Source: a virus. From it: 64,000 bases of DNA. The notes under the pieces are model-generated. The model was not told the DNA's origin, searched no databases, and was given only the letters and a program-made list of their open reading frames with translations. The translations under genes were made by a program, and so were the position numbers. The stretch spans positions 64,001 through 128,000 of IMG/VR virus record IMGVR_UViG_3300006916_000041; one strand, given 5' to 3'. Positions 18,411-28,866 of this stretch are shown here, in pieces (position 1 is the first letter of the stretch; every line of letters begins with the position of its first letter).

Positions 18411-18695
18411 ATGTGGGAAATGATCGAGCGCATGGCCACAGACAGATTGTGGATTTATACTGCACTGGCAGGTAGTGCGTTTGGTGCTATATTTGTAGCA
18501 TACATGAGTAGCACACGCATTGGTTTATGGTTTTACAGCAAAGTAGACAAATGCGTGGACTATCTTGTTGAACGTTGGGGCTGGACATGGTTACAACAAC
18601 CAGAAGATGCCTGGCGCCAACGCTATCCTAAGATCACTGCAAAAATTGACCAATTAGAAAAAAGAATTGAAAAGATAGAGAAGAAAAATGTTTAG
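18411..18695 (+). CDS. membrane protein
   Basis: N-terminal TM and C-terminal coiled coil. Confidence 0.6.
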   Translation: MWEMIERMATDRLWIYTALAGSAFGAIFVAYMSSTRIGLWFYSKVDKCVDYLVERWGWTWLQQPEDAWRQRYPKITAKIDQLEKRIEKIEKKNV

Positions 18696-19161
18696 TTTTG
18701 ATATTGAAAATATAACCAAAGGTATAGGTGCTATTACAGCAACACTTGCGCTTATAGGTGGCGGCTACACACTGTGGGATAAGCTAGAATCAAAAGAAAT
18801 TTTAGCCTGGGCACCAGAACATTTCAGTGTGACAGATGCACCTGTTGACGGAACTTTTGATGTAATTGTTGCTCGTGAAAAGTACAGAGATGATTGCAGT
18901 GTTGAAGGTTTTACACTTGAGGTAAAAGACAGCAAGTTTATGGTACACAAGGCAATACCCAGCATAGCAAAATTTTCAGGACCTGCAAGTGATAAGATAG
19001 ACAAGTTTGGATTTTCTTTTACAATAGACAAAGAACACATAGATATGATACCTCCAGGCACTGCAACTTTACTTGCACACATAAATTATCAATGTCCCGA
19101 AGGACCAGTGGTTGTAAATTATCCAGATCATCCGAATTTAAAATTTACAATCACTGATTAA
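18688..19161 (+). CDS. membrane-anchored hypothetical protein
   Basis: N-terminal TM then beta-rich domain with two Cys. Confidence 0.6.
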   Translation: MFSFDIENITKGIGAITATLALIGGGYTLWDKLESKEILAWAPEHFSVTDAPVDGTFDVIVAREKYRDDCSVEGFTLEVKDSKFMVHKAIPSIAKFSGPASDKIDKFGFSFTIDKEHIDMIPPGTATLLAHINYQCPEGPVVVNYPDHPNLKFTITD

Positions 19162-19536
19162 ATGTGGCAGAGATTTCGTAAATGGCTAAACATAGATCAC
19201 ATTGTGGATTTAGCTGTAGACCTGGCTTTAATTTTATTTGACGTAATCACAAGCCCGATACTAATAGTAATGCGCTTGCTCAGATGGAGCATAGGCAAGT
19301 ACATGCTAGATGGTGTTAAGAACAAAATTAAAAAACTCATACACTGGCTACAAACCAAACCCTGGTGGGTCAGTGTCATTGTTGCTCCTATTGCACTGAT
19401 TGTAACTTTTTATACACTGGTTGCTTTATGGCTAGCCAGTGCGGTGTTCGATCCGCAACTGTGGACAGAAGACGAATTACCCAGCGATGATGTAATTATC
19501 CAAGAACATCTAAAAAACATTGACAACTCTGAATAA
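19162..19536 (+). CDS. membrane protein
   Basis: two hydrophobic segments. Confidence 0.6.
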   Translation: MWQRFRKWLNIDHIVDLAVDLALILFDVITSPILIVMRLLRWSIGKYMLDGVKNKIKKLIHWLQTKPWWVSVIVAPIALIVTFYTLVALWLASAVFDPQLWTEDELPSDDVIIQEHLKNIDNSE

Positions 19537-19548
19537 TTAATATAGTAT
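19520..19548 (+). promoter_or_regulatory. sigma70-like promoter of the replication operon
   Basis: TTGACA-N17-TAGTAT. Confidence 0.65.
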
Positions 19549-19573
19549 GTAACAAATACAAAAGGAGAAACGT

Positions 19574-19834
19574 ATGCCAATACGCAGCTTTAGCGATAGC
19601 GAAATTAATAAACTTAAACAACTTGTAAGCGAAGGCATTCAAGTCACAGGTGAAGTAGAAACACTCAAAGAAGGTCTCAGAGACACAGTAAAAGCCATTG
19701 CAGAAGAAATGGATATGAAACCAGCAGTGCTAAACAAAGCCATTAGAATTGCATACAAAAATGAATTTGCTAATGTACAAGACAGTTTTAATGCAGTTGA
19801 AGAAGTACTTCAAGCAGTAGGTAGAGACAATTAA
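19574..19834 (+). CDS. T4 DsbA-like dsDNA-binding protein
   Basis: helical 86 aa, LRDTVKAIAEEMDMKPAVLNKAIRIAYK pattern. Confidence 0.6.
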   Translation: MPIRSFSDSEINKLKQLVSEGIQVTGEVETLKEGLRDTVKAIAEEMDMKPAVLNKAIRIAYKNEFANVQDSFNAVEEVLQAVGRDN

Positions 19835-20538
19835 TGCTTGACTTAACAGTCATTGAAGTACAACATTATACAGACAAACTATTTAGAATAAGAACCGAAC
19901 GACCTCGCAGTTATAGATTTACTGCGGGCGAGTTTGTTATGATCAGTACTGTTGATGATGATACACCTAATAGAGCATACAGTATTACCAGTGGACCTTA
20001 TGACGACTACTTGGAGTTTTACAGTATCAAAGTACAAGACGGTCCATTAACCAGTCGACTACAACATGTGAGTGTGGGAGACAAAATACTAGTGGGAGAA
20101 AAACCCACCGGAACGCTGATACTTGCTAATCTGGAATTAGGTGGGCATTTGGTAATGATGGCTAGTGGTACAGGTATTGCACCTTTTATTAGTTTGTTGC
20201 GTGAACCAGAAACATATGACTTATTTGAAAACATCACTGTAACATGGACTACTAGAACACATTCAGAACAAGACTGCTACAGAGACTTTCTCAACGAAAT
20301 GCCCATTGAGTATATCAGCACAGTTACACAAGAACCTGCTGAACTGCAAGGACGCATTCAAAAGTTTATGGCAGACGGAACAGTTAAGATTGACAATCCT
20401 GAATATCAGCGTATAATGTTATGTGGAAGTATAGCATTCAACAACGACTTAAAAGAACACTTCGCTGCACTAGGGTTCAGTGAAGGCAACAAAAAAACAC
20501 AAGGTACGTTTGTGCAAGAAAGGGCATTTGTTAGTTAA
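19834..20538 (+). CDS. fpr: ferredoxin/flavodoxin-NADP+ reductase
   Basis: RAYSI, GPLTSRL, ASGTGIAPF, MLCGS, ERAF. Confidence 0.92.
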   Translation: MLDLTVIEVQHYTDKLFRIRTERPRSYRFTAGEFVMISTVDDDTPNRAYSITSGPYDDYLEFYSIKVQDGPLTSRLQHVSVGDKILVGEKPTGTLILANLELGGHLVMMASGTGIAPFISLLREPETYDLFENITVTWTTRTHSEQDCYRDFLNEMPIEYISTVTQEPAELQGRIQKFMADGTVKIDNPEYQRIMLCGSIAFNNDLKEHFAALGFSEGNKKTQGTFVQERAFVS

Positions 20539-23237
20539 TGTATGTAGACGCACTCATTGATAGAGACAAAGATATTATTCACGTTGTAGAACGTGTAAAT
20601 GGTAGACGAGAGTTCAGGGAATATCCTGCACGTTACTTGTTCTATTACAAAGACAGTCGCGGCAGTTTCGAAAGTATCTTTGGTGACAAACTACAACGTG
20701 TGGTCACTACTAGCGGTAAACAGTTCAAAAAAGAAAAGAAACTGTACAGCAATCAACGGTTGTTTGAAAGTGATGTCAACCCAGTATTTAGATGTTTGGC
20801 TGACAACTATTTGGGAGCGGATACTCCTAAACTACAACAAGCATTTTTCGATATCGAGGTTGACTTTGACAAAGACAAAGGCTTTGCAGATCCTAGTGAC
20901 CCATTCAATCCAGTAACCGCAGTTAGTGTACACTTGGATTGGATTGGCAAAACTATTTGTCTGGTTTGTAAACCCAAAACACTAACACGAGCAGATGCAC
21001 AACTTATTGTAGACAGGTTTGAGGATACTATTCTCATGGACACAGAAGATGAACTGCTGGATACATTCTTGCAGTTGATTGATGATGCAGATGTAATGAG
21101 TGGATGGAACAGTGAAGGCTTTGATATTCCTTACTTGGTGAATCGCATAGCAAGAGTTCTTGGCAAAGAACACACAAGACGTTTTTGTTTGTGGGGCAAA
21201 TATCCCAACAGACGAGAGTTTGAACGCTATGGCAAAGCACAAGAAACATTTGACACAGTGGGTAGACTGCATTTGGATTACATGGAACTGTATCGCAAGT
21301 ATACATATCATGAAATGCACAGTTATAGTTTGGATGCTATTGGCGAATATGAACTTGGCGAACGCAAAACAGAATATGAAGGCACACTGGATCAGCTTTA
21401 CAACAACGACTTTGAAACGTTTATTCAATACTCCAGACAAGACGTTGACTTGCTGGTACGTATGGACAAGAAGCTACAGTTTATTGATCTTGCAAACGTT
21501 ATTGCACATGACAACACAGTTCTTGTGCAAACAACCATGGGTGCGGTTGCTGTTACAGATCAAGCTATTCTCAACGAAGCACACAGTAGAGGACTTATTG
21601 TTCCTGACAAGCAACATGACAAAACACAAAAGCACTATCCACAAGCATGTACAGCGGCTGGTGCATATGTTGCTACGCCTAAGAAAGGCTTTCATGAATG
21701 GATTGGCAGTATGGACTTGAACAGTCTGTATCCAAGTATTTTGCGCAGTTTGAACATGAGTACAGAAACTATTGTTGGTCAAATTAGACACACACTGACT
21801 GTGCCAATGCTAGCAGAACACAAATGGGAAGTTGCAAAAGCGTGGGAAGGCAAATTTGCTTGTCGAGAATATGAACTTGTTATTGCTAAAGATGACGAGA
21901 CACTGCTATATATTGACTTTGAAAATGGCGAGGAACTGCAAGGCACAGGTGCTGAACTGTATCAAATTATCTTTGAAAGTGGGCAACCTTGGGTGCTTAC
22001 TAGTAATGGTACAATACTAGATCAAAGTAGAAAAGGCATCATTCCAGGCTTGCTAGAACGCTGGTATGCAGAACGTAAAGTACTGCAAAAGAACATGCGT
22101 GAGAATCAAGCGGCAGGTAACATTGAAGAAACTGCTTATTGGGACAAAAGGCAGTTGGTGAAAAAAATTAACTTGAACAGTTTGTATGGTGCGTTACTTA
22201 ACCCAGGCAGTAGATTCAATGATCCACGCATGGGACAAAGTACAACACTAACTGGTAGATGTATTGCAAGACACATGGGCGCCAAAGTAAATGAACTGTT
22301 TACAGGCGAATACAATCATGTGGGTCCTGCAATTATCTATGGTGATACAGACAGTGTGTACTTTAGTGCATATCCTATTTTTCGAGAACAAATTGAAAGC
22401 GGTGAGTTTGCTTGGGACAAAGACAAAGTCACTGAACTGTATGAAACTGTGTGTGAACAAGCCAATGAGACATTCCCTGATTACATGGCTAGAGCGCACA
22501 ACGTATTGGATCGCAAGCAAGGTGAAATTATTGCAGCGGCACGTGAAGTTAGTGCAACTGCTGGTATATACATCACAAAGAAACGCTATGCAATCCTAGT
22601 GTATGACAATGAAGGTCACAGAGAAGATAAAGATGATAAGCCAGGCAAGATCAAAGCAATGGGCCTGGACCTCAAAAGGTCAGACACTCCTGCGTTTATG
22701 CAAGACTTCTTGAATGAACTGTTACTCAAAACACTAACAGGTACAAGCGAAGAAGAGATTATTGAACGCATTATCGAGTTTCGTAGTGAGTTTAGAAACA
22801 TGCCAGCTTGGCTCAAAGGTACACCCAAACGTGTGAACAAACTTACACACTACTACAACAGTGAATATATGTTAGATCCTAAAACAGGAGATGAAGTATA
22901 CAAAGGCAAAGCAAACATGCCAGGTCACGTTAGAGCGGCTATCAACTACAATAGAATGCGTAGAATGAATGGTGACCGTTACAGCATGGAAATCATGGAT
23001 GGTATGAAGACCATTGTGTGCAAACTAAAACCAAATCCGTTGGGCTTTACTAGTATTGGTTATCCCACAGATGAAACTCGTTTGCCAGAATGGTACAAAG
23101 AACTTCCATTTGATACTGACACAATGGAAGAAGGTATTATTACAAAGAAGATTGAAAACTTGTTGGGTGTTATGAATTGGGACTTAACAAAAGCAGAGGA
23201 CAAAACTACATTTGATAGTTTGTTTGATTTTACTTAG
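20538..23237 (+). CDS. family B DNA polymerase
   Basis: FDIEV and WNSEGFDIPY exonuclease motifs; DLNSLYPS, KINLNSLYG, YGDTDS, KKRY. Confidence 0.97.
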   Translation: MYVDALIDRDKDIIHVVERVNGRREFREYPARYLFYYKDSRGSFESIFGDKLQRVVTTSGKQFKKEKKLYSNQRLFESDVNPVFRCLADNYLGADTPKLQQAFFDIEVDFDKDKGFADPSDPFNPVTAVSVHLDWIGKTICLVCKPKTLTRADAQLIVDRFEDTILMDTEDELLDTFLQLIDDADVMSGWNSEGFDIPYLVNRIARVLGKEHTRRFCLWGKYPNRREFERYGKAQETFDTVGRLHLDYMELYRKYTYHEMHSYSLDAIGEYELGERKTEYEGTLDQLYNNDFETFIQYSRQDVDLLVRMDKKLQFIDLANVIAHDNTVLVQTTMGAVAVTDQAILNEAHSRGLIVPDKQHDKTQKHYPQACTAAGAYVATPKKGFHEWIGSMDLNSLYPSILRSLNMSTETIVGQIRHTLTVPMLAEHKWEVAKAWEGKFACREYELVIAKDDETLLYIDFENGEELQGTGAELYQIIFESGQPWVLTSNGTILDQSRKGIIPGLLERWYAERKVLQKNMRENQAAGNIEETAYWDKRQLVKKINLNSLYGALLNPGSRFNDPRMGQSTTLTGRCIARHMGAKVNELFTGEYNHVGPAIIYGDTDSVYFSAYPIFREQIESGEFAWDKDKVTELYETVCEQANETFPDYMARAHNVLDRKQGEIIAAAREVSATAGIYITKKRYAILVYDNEGHREDKDDKPGKIKAMGLDLKRSDTPAFMQDFLNELLLKTLTGTSEEEIIERIIEFRSEFRNMPAWLKGTPKRVNKLTHYYNSEYMLDPKTGDEVYKGKANMPGHVRAAINYNRMRRMNGDRYSMEIMDGMKTIVCKLKPNPLGFTSIGYPTDETRLPEWYKELPFDTDTMEEGIITKKIENLLGVMNWDLTKAEDKTTFDSLFDFT

Positions 23238-23246
23238 GAAATACTG

Positions 23247-23501
23247 ATGAACAATTTATATTTAGGACCGTTCACTATTACCTTGTTTGGTATAATGGTA
23301 TTTTCAACAGTATTTGTTTACCTTTTATTAGGAGACAAAGAAGAACAAAGAGATATAACCATGCATAGGACCTTAGTTAATATATTGTGTCTTGGTTGGT
23401 TTACAGTTGGACTACTAATGGGTGTACAAACATTTACCTGGGATACAATAGTTAGCTGCGAACCGCACTGGCTTTTTCCAAAGTTTTGTAGCAATGACTA
23501 A
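23247..23501 (+). CDS. small membrane protein
   Basis: two TM segments. Confidence 0.55.
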   Translation: MNNLYLGPFTITLFGIMVFSTVFVYLLLGDKEEQRDITMHRTLVNILCLGWFTVGLLMGVQTFTWDTIVSCEPHWLFPKFCSND

Positions 23502-23730
23502 GTTAGACTTACACGGAAAACATGTACACGAGGCATGGAAACTGGTTGACAGATTCCTCAGCGACTGTTATTATAAAAATATTAAACGCTGTGAAATTAT
23601 TTGTGGGCAAGGTATGATACGTAACGAAATGGAAACTTGGCTCCACCTAAATACTTTTGTACGAGAATACAGGTTTAACACTCGTACACAAGGTAGCTAT
23701 ACAGTAAACCTAAGGAAAAGGAAAAAATAA
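23494..23730 (+). CDS. Smr-domain protein
   Basis: LDLHGKHVHEA...IICGQG...QGS. Confidence 0.8.
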   Translation: MTKLDLHGKHVHEAWKLVDRFLSDCYYKNIKRCEIICGQGMIRNEMETWLHLNTFVREYRFNTRTQGSYTVNLRKRKK

Positions 23731-24461
23731 TGCGAGATTATCTTAAAGATATTGTGCAACACACACATGGACTTGGATTCATTGACCAAGCAAAAGTTGT
23801 TAACGAAGATGGTACAACTAACTTAGAAGCTATGGACGATGATCGCACTGTGATTGTGCAAGCAAAGTTCAAAGAGCAAGTACCAGGCTTAGATGGCACA
23901 TTTGGTTTGCCCAATCTCAGCAAACTAAACGTTCTTCTAAACATTGAAGAATACAAAGAAAATGCAAACATCACTGTGAATACACAAGATCGCAATGGTG
24001 AAACTGTTCCATTTGGATTGCATTTTGAAAATGCAAACGGCGACTTTAAAAATGACTATCGCTTTATGAGCAAAGAAGTTGTTGAAGAAAAACTAAAAAG
24101 CGTTAAGTTCAAAGGCGTGAATTGGGATATTACTATGGCACCCAACAGCGCAAGCATTGCACGTTTTAAAATGCAAGCACAAGCCAACAGTGAAGAAACT
24201 GTTTTTGTTGCAAAAACTGAAGGCAATGATCTAAAGTTTTTCTTTGGTGATAGCAGTACACACGCAGGTAACTTTGTGTTTGCGGCAGGCGTTGAAGGTC
24301 AGTTGAACACCGGTTGGAGTTGGCCCGTAGCACAAGTATTGAGCATTCTCAACTTGCCTGGTGATATCACTATGAAGTTTAGTGATGCAGGTGCAGCAAT
24401 GATTACAGTAGACAGTGGTATGGCAACTTATGACTATATCCTGCCAGCACAGAGTAAGTAA
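23730..24461 (+). CDS. sliding clamp (gp45/PCNA-like)
   Basis: size, position after polB, C-terminal MITVDSGMATYDYILPA. Confidence 0.7.
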   Translation: MRDYLKDIVQHTHGLGFIDQAKVVNEDGTTNLEAMDDDRTVIVQAKFKEQVPGLDGTFGLPNLSKLNVLLNIEEYKENANITVNTQDRNGETVPFGLHFENANGDFKNDYRFMSKEVVEEKLKSVKFKGVNWDITMAPNSASIARFKMQAQANSEETVFVAKTEGNDLKFFFGDSSTHAGNFVFAAGVEGQLNTGWSWPVAQVLSILNLPGDITMKFSDAGAAMITVDSGMATYDYILPAQSK

Positions 24462-26035
24462 TGATCCATAATGAACACACAGACTTAACAAGTACACAGG
24501 ACGACTTTGCTGTATTCTTGCCAGCACTGAGTACTTTCTACGCTCTATTTGTAGGGCGACAGCGGCGAGGCTTAGAACCATTAGATGAAAACAAGAAAGG
24601 TAGTGGGGAACCATATATCCCACTCGAGCGAATCCCCTCGCACCTCACCCATGGCGTAGAAAGTATCAACTGGCTTGCAAAGGAAGGCTTGTTTAGATAC
24701 AAGTGGAGTTTGCACAGTGCAGGACACGCAAGTCTTGATTTACAAAAAGACATGTACAGAGAAAGTCAGTACAGAGAGCGTGACAGAGAATACAGTTGGC
24801 TACTAGGCGACAGTGGAGGCTTCCAAATTGGTAAAGGCAAGTGGGAAGGTGACTGGCGCAAAGGTAGCGGCTGTCCTCAAGCACAAAAGAAACGTGATGG
24901 TGTTCTAAGATGGATGGATGCCTTTATGGACTATGGTATGATCTTGGATATTCCAGCCTGGGTTGCACGTAGTCCAGAAGGTGCGGCTGCAAGTAAAATC
25001 AGCAGTTATCAAGAAGCAGTAGAAGGCACACAAGAAAACAACGAATATTTTATCAAGCATCGTAATGGTAATTGTAAATTTTTGAATGTACTGCAAGGTG
25101 AAAACTTTGCACAAGCTGATGACTGGTACAATCAAATGAAACACTTTTGCGATCCCAAGCAGTATCCAGATGCACACTTTAATGGATGGGCTATGGGTGG
25201 GCAAAACATGTGTGACATTGAACTAGCACTCAAGCGATTAGTTGAACTAAGGCATGATGGATTGCTTGAAGAAGGACTACATGATGTTATGCACTTCTTG
25301 GGTACAAGTAAACTAGAGTGGGCATTGGTACTTACAGCAATACAGCGTGGTGTTCGCAAGTATCACAATCCTAAATTTACTGTAACATTTGATTGTGCAA
25401 GTCCTTTCTTGTGTACAGCAAACGGACAATTTTACACAAACTGGCGTTTGGATCAAGACAGCAAATGGAGTTACATGATGCAAGACGCTCCAGATGACAA
25501 AGCATATAAAAACAGTACAATGACATTTGATGACATGTGTACACAAATGTATCCAGAATTTCAAAGTAGTCCAATGAGCAAAGGACTTATGTTAAACGAC
25601 ATTTGTTATTATGCTCCAGGTGATAAAAATAGAATGGGTACCGAAACAGCTACAAGTTGGGATAGTTTTGCATATGCACTTATGATGAATCATAATGTTT
25701 GGACACACATTAAAAGTGTACAAGAAGCAAATCGTGCATTTGACCAAGGTCAGTATCCTAGTATGATGGTAGATACTAGCTTGGACAAAGTTGAAGTAGC
25801 TGATGTAGTTATGAGAGTTTTCGAAGAAAGCGACAAAGGAAAAGCCTTGCAAATTATCGAAGATCATCGTAAACTATGGATGAAAGTAATTGGCACTAGA
25901 GGACATGTTGGTAGAAAAACTATTAATGCCAGTGCGCAACTAGAAGCACACTTTGAAGGTGTTGAGTTTGCTGGTGCTAAAGAAAAAAGAGAGAAACCTC
26001 AATTAACGAGTAACTTTAATGCACTCTTTGACTAA
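24461..26035 (+). CDS. TGT-fold guanine transglycosylase, DpdA-like (probably DNA-acting)
   Basis: TGT motifs in order: DSGGFQ, MILD, VLQG, GWAMGG, HFLG, FDCASP, HN; no CxCxxC Zn motif; coupled to clamp gene. Confidence 0.82.
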   Translation: MIHNEHTDLTSTQDDFAVFLPALSTFYALFVGRQRRGLEPLDENKKGSGEPYIPLERIPSHLTHGVESINWLAKEGLFRYKWSLHSAGHASLDLQKDMYRESQYRERDREYSWLLGDSGGFQIGKGKWEGDWRKGSGCPQAQKKRDGVLRWMDAFMDYGMILDIPAWVARSPEGAAASKISSYQEAVEGTQENNEYFIKHRNGNCKFLNVLQGENFAQADDWYNQMKHFCDPKQYPDAHFNGWAMGGQNMCDIELALKRLVELRHDGLLEEGLHDVMHFLGTSKLEWALVLTAIQRGVRKYHNPKFTVTFDCASPFLCTANGQFYTNWRLDQDSKWSYMMQDAPDDKAYKNSTMTFDDMCTQMYPEFQSSPMSKGLMLNDICYYAPGDKNRMGTETATSWDSFAYALMMNHNVWTHIKSVQEANRAFDQGQYPSMMVDTSLDKVEVADVVMRVFEESDKGKALQIIEDHRKLWMKVIGTRGHVGRKTINASAQLEAHFEGVEFAGAKEKREKPQLTSNFNALFD

Positions 26036-26888
26036 AGCATTGATTGTAGGCACTGGCTTTGGCAGTCTCTACAAACAAATATACCAAGACATGAATGTTG
26101 CTGTAACCACAGTGGACATTGCAGATCCCAATGCCGACTATAAGCATGTGTATCAAGCACTGCAACAAGGTCTAGTGCATTGGGATGTATGTCACATTAC
26201 AACTCCAAACTACACACACTATCCACTAGCAGACCTTTGTGCAAACTTTTGTGACATTGTATTTGTTGAAAAGCCTGGTGTAGATGATCCAGAGCTTTGG
26301 GAAGAACTGTTGACAGATCATCCCAATACACGTATTATGATGACCAAAAACAATCAATACAGAGACAATGTACATCAAATACGTGAAGCAGCAAGTCAAG
26401 GTCAAGTGCGTATCAATTGGATCAATGACAACAGAGTACCCAAGCCAGGCAGTTGGTTTACTACAAAAAAACTAGCATTTGGTGGTGTGAGCAGAGACTT
26501 GATGCCACACTTGTTGAGCTGGGTACAAGTATTAGAACCAGACTGGTTGCATATGAAACCCAAGTTCAGTCGCTGTGATCAGAAATGGACATTACAACAT
26601 TTGACAGGAAGTGATTATGGTGCTATAAATTATAAAGGCACATATGATGTAGATGATATGTGTTACATTGATCTTGGTAGATACAATCTACACGCAGATT
26701 GGCGCAGCGGCACAGGAGACGACATTGCTATACACACAGACAAAGTTAGTTTTCAACTAGGACTATGTCCTGAAAGTGCATACGAAGCAATGATACGTAT
26801 TGCACACGAGAACCTAAATAATGATGAGTTTTGGAACAAGCAAAAGGACATGGATCTATGGATTCACCGGATCTTAAACAACCTGTAA
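26019..26888 (+). CDS. Gfo/Idh/MocA family oxidoreductase
   Basis: GTGFG Rossmann, TPNYTH, VFVEKP, GGVSRDLMPH. Confidence 0.85.
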   Translation: MHSLTKALIVGTGFGSLYKQIYQDMNVAVTTVDIADPNADYKHVYQALQQGLVHWDVCHITTPNYTHYPLADLCANFCDIVFVEKPGVDDPELWEELLTDHPNTRIMMTKNNQYRDNVHQIREAASQGQVRINWINDNRVPKPGSWFTTKKLAFGGVSRDLMPHLLSWVQVLEPDWLHMKPKFSRCDQKWTLQHLTGSDYGAINYKGTYDVDDMCYIDLGRYNLHADWRSGTGDDIAIHTDKVSFQLGLCPESAYEAMIRIAHENLNNDEFWNKQKDMDLWIHRILNNL

Positions 26889-27775
26889 GACAGTTAGTAA
26901 CCAGAGGCAATGGTGTATTCATCGAACAAGACTATTTGGTGCCCATGTTACTCAAAGATGAAATACGTGTTCGTGCAATAATGACAGGTGTTTGTCGCAG
27001 TGACATTGACATGATGACAGGTGACTTTACACTATTGCCCACAGAAATGCATGGACACGAAGGCTTGGGTCAAGTAATTGCAGTAGGCAATGATGTTGAT
27101 GATTGCGGAATTGGCGATTATGTTGCTACCAGAGGCGAGCCTGCATATGCAGATATTTACAATTGCAAGAAAGGCACATACTGTGTAGTTCCAGAAGCAC
27201 ATCCAGATTATATAATTGAACCTGTAGCATGTGCAGTTAACATGGAGTTGGTTTGTCAACAAGAACTTACGCAACGAGATGGCGGTAGAATGCTGATTAT
27301 TGGCACAGGATTTCTTGCTAGAGTATTTCACCAAACTGTAATAGAACAAGGATACGATTATCAAATTGATGTAATAGGCAAAAGCAATGCTGATTATTGG
27401 GGCACGGAAATGCTGGTTGACGGCAGCTATGCAAAGTATGACGTAGTAGTAGATCTCAAAGGTGAAGACAAAATTAAGTTTGTTAAAGTTAACCCTAATG
27501 CACTTGTGATAATGGCTAGTGCGCCGCACAGAGAATATAATTTTCCTCTCGAAGATTGGCTGTGGAATAATGTTACAATCAAAATGCCAAGTCCGAGAGC
27601 AGAAACATTTCACAGTGCTATGAAACTAGCAACACGCATGGTAGCTCAAGGAAAGATAGAGCTTGACAATGTATGGACACGTGAGTATAATAGAGAAACA
27701 AATTGGCAACAAGCATTCAGTGATGCACTAACTAGACCTGAAGGCTACAATAGAGGTTATATCAAATGGGATTAG
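26858..27775 (+). CDS. Zn-dependent medium-chain (polyol/sugar) dehydrogenase
   Basis: GVCRSD, GHEGLG, GDYV, IEPVAC, IIGTG; lacks the 4-Cys structural Zn lobe. Confidence 0.82.
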   Translation: MDSPDLKQPVRQLVTRGNGVFIEQDYLVPMLLKDEIRVRAIMTGVCRSDIDMMTGDFTLLPTEMHGHEGLGQVIAVGNDVDDCGIGDYVATRGEPAYADIYNCKKGTYCVVPEAHPDYIIEPVACAVNMELVCQQELTQRDGGRMLIIGTGFLARVFHQTVIEQGYDYQIDVIGKSNADYWGTEMLVDGSYAKYDVVVDLKGEDKIKFVKVNPNALVIMASAPHREYNFPLEDWLWNNVTIKMPSPRAETFHSAMKLATRMVAQGKIELDNVWTREYNRETNWQQAFSDALTRPEGYNRGYIKWD

Positions 27776-28278
27776 ACACAGACGAACGTCAGGACGTAGT
27801 TTATTTTATTGGCACAGAAGTTGAACGCACAGCAATGTATGGAGAAAAAACTCTGTTTGTGGTTGGTATTCAGCCTTGGGAAGATATCCAAAAACGTGCA
27901 GACGAACATGGCATTCGACATTTATATTTTGGTACCAGTCAAAGTTTTCATCCTAAAAACGATGAGGACTATGATATGTGGGAATCTATGATCAAACCTT
28001 TACTTAAACTAGGATACTGGTGTACATTAGACTTCGGTGTAGAGTATGCATCGGATGTACTTGAATGTGGGTTTGACGAACATGATAACTACATTAGTAT
28101 GATAAGTGTTAAACTTCCATACATTAAACAATTCAACTATAATGCAACACTTAAATTAGATGACACAACATGGGGTAAAAGCAATCCAGGCGTATGGTGC
28201 CACAGTGTGCATGACTTAATGGATCGCTCGGTTTACACAGACTGGCGAGACTATGTTGGTGATACGGTAATCGAATGA
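27766..28278 (+). CDS. hypothetical protein in the deazaguanine cluster
   Basis: 170-aa ORF overlapping neighbours on both sides. Confidence 0.75.
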   Translation: MGLDTDERQDVVYFIGTEVERTAMYGEKTLFVVGIQPWEDIQKRADEHGIRHLYFGTSQSFHPKNDEDYDMWESMIKPLLKLGYWCTLDFGVEYASDVLECGFDEHDNYISMISVKLPYIKQFNYNATLKLDDTTWGKSNPGVWCHSVHDLMDRSVYTDWRDYVGDTVIE

Positions 28279-28715
28279 ACGGAAATAAACGAATAGGATT
28301 TACATGTAGCACATTTGATTTGTTACATGCAGGACATATTGCTATGCTCAGAGAAGCCAAAGAGCATTGTGATTATCTTATTGTAGGGTTACAAACAGAT
28401 CCTACAATTGATAGACCAGATACAAAAAACAAACCTGTGCAAAGTTTAGTAGAACGCTACACACAATTATCAGGTGTAAAGTATGTGGATGAAATTATTC
28501 CTTATCAAACTGAACAAGATTTAGAAGATATACTAGCCATGTATCATATAACAGTAAGAGTTCTTGGTGAAGAATATCGTGAAAAGGAATTTACAGGCAA
28601 AGATGTTTGCCGCAAGCGTGGTATTGAATTATATTTTAACAAAAGAGATCATAGATTTAGTACTACAGATCTAAGGGAAAGAGTAAGTAATGAGCCCCGT
28701 GGAAAACCGCATTAA
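28275..28715 (+). CDS. TagD-like (glycerol-3-phosphate) cytidylyltransferase
   Basis: STFDLLHAGH, LIVGLQ, ER...VKYVD, RFSTT. Confidence 0.88.
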   Translation: MNGNKRIGFTCSTFDLLHAGHIAMLREAKEHCDYLIVGLQTDPTIDRPDTKNKPVQSLVERYTQLSGVKYVDEIIPYQTEQDLEDILAMYHITVRVLGEEYREKEFTGKDVCRKRGIELYFNKRDHRFSTTDLRERVSNEPRGKPH

Positions 28716-28866
28716 TAAACTTGTAAAAGAGCACAGAATGCTTGACACAGAAATAAAACGACTATACAATACAACAAATAGCGAAAAAACATTAAAAGCT
28801 ATGAAACAACGCAAACTCAAACTTAAAGATGAGATAACTAAACTCAAAGGAGATACAAATGGTTAA
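28690..28866 (+). CDS. DUF465/YdcH-like coiled-coil protein (58 aa, not in ORF track)
   Basis: LVKEHRMLDTEI...MKQRKLKLKDEI. Confidence 0.7.
   Translation: MSPVENRINKLVKEHRMLDTEIKRLYNTTNSEKTLKAMKQRKLKLKDEITKLKGDTNG

Noticed and set aside
20538-23237. Intein or intron in polB (also checked thyA)
   Set aside because: Lengths are normal, motifs are contiguous and no splicing motifs are visible.
24461-26035. Calling this gene canonical tRNA tgt
   Set aside because: It lacks the Zn-binding motif, is much longer and is coupled to replication genes; DpdA-like is preferred though unproven.
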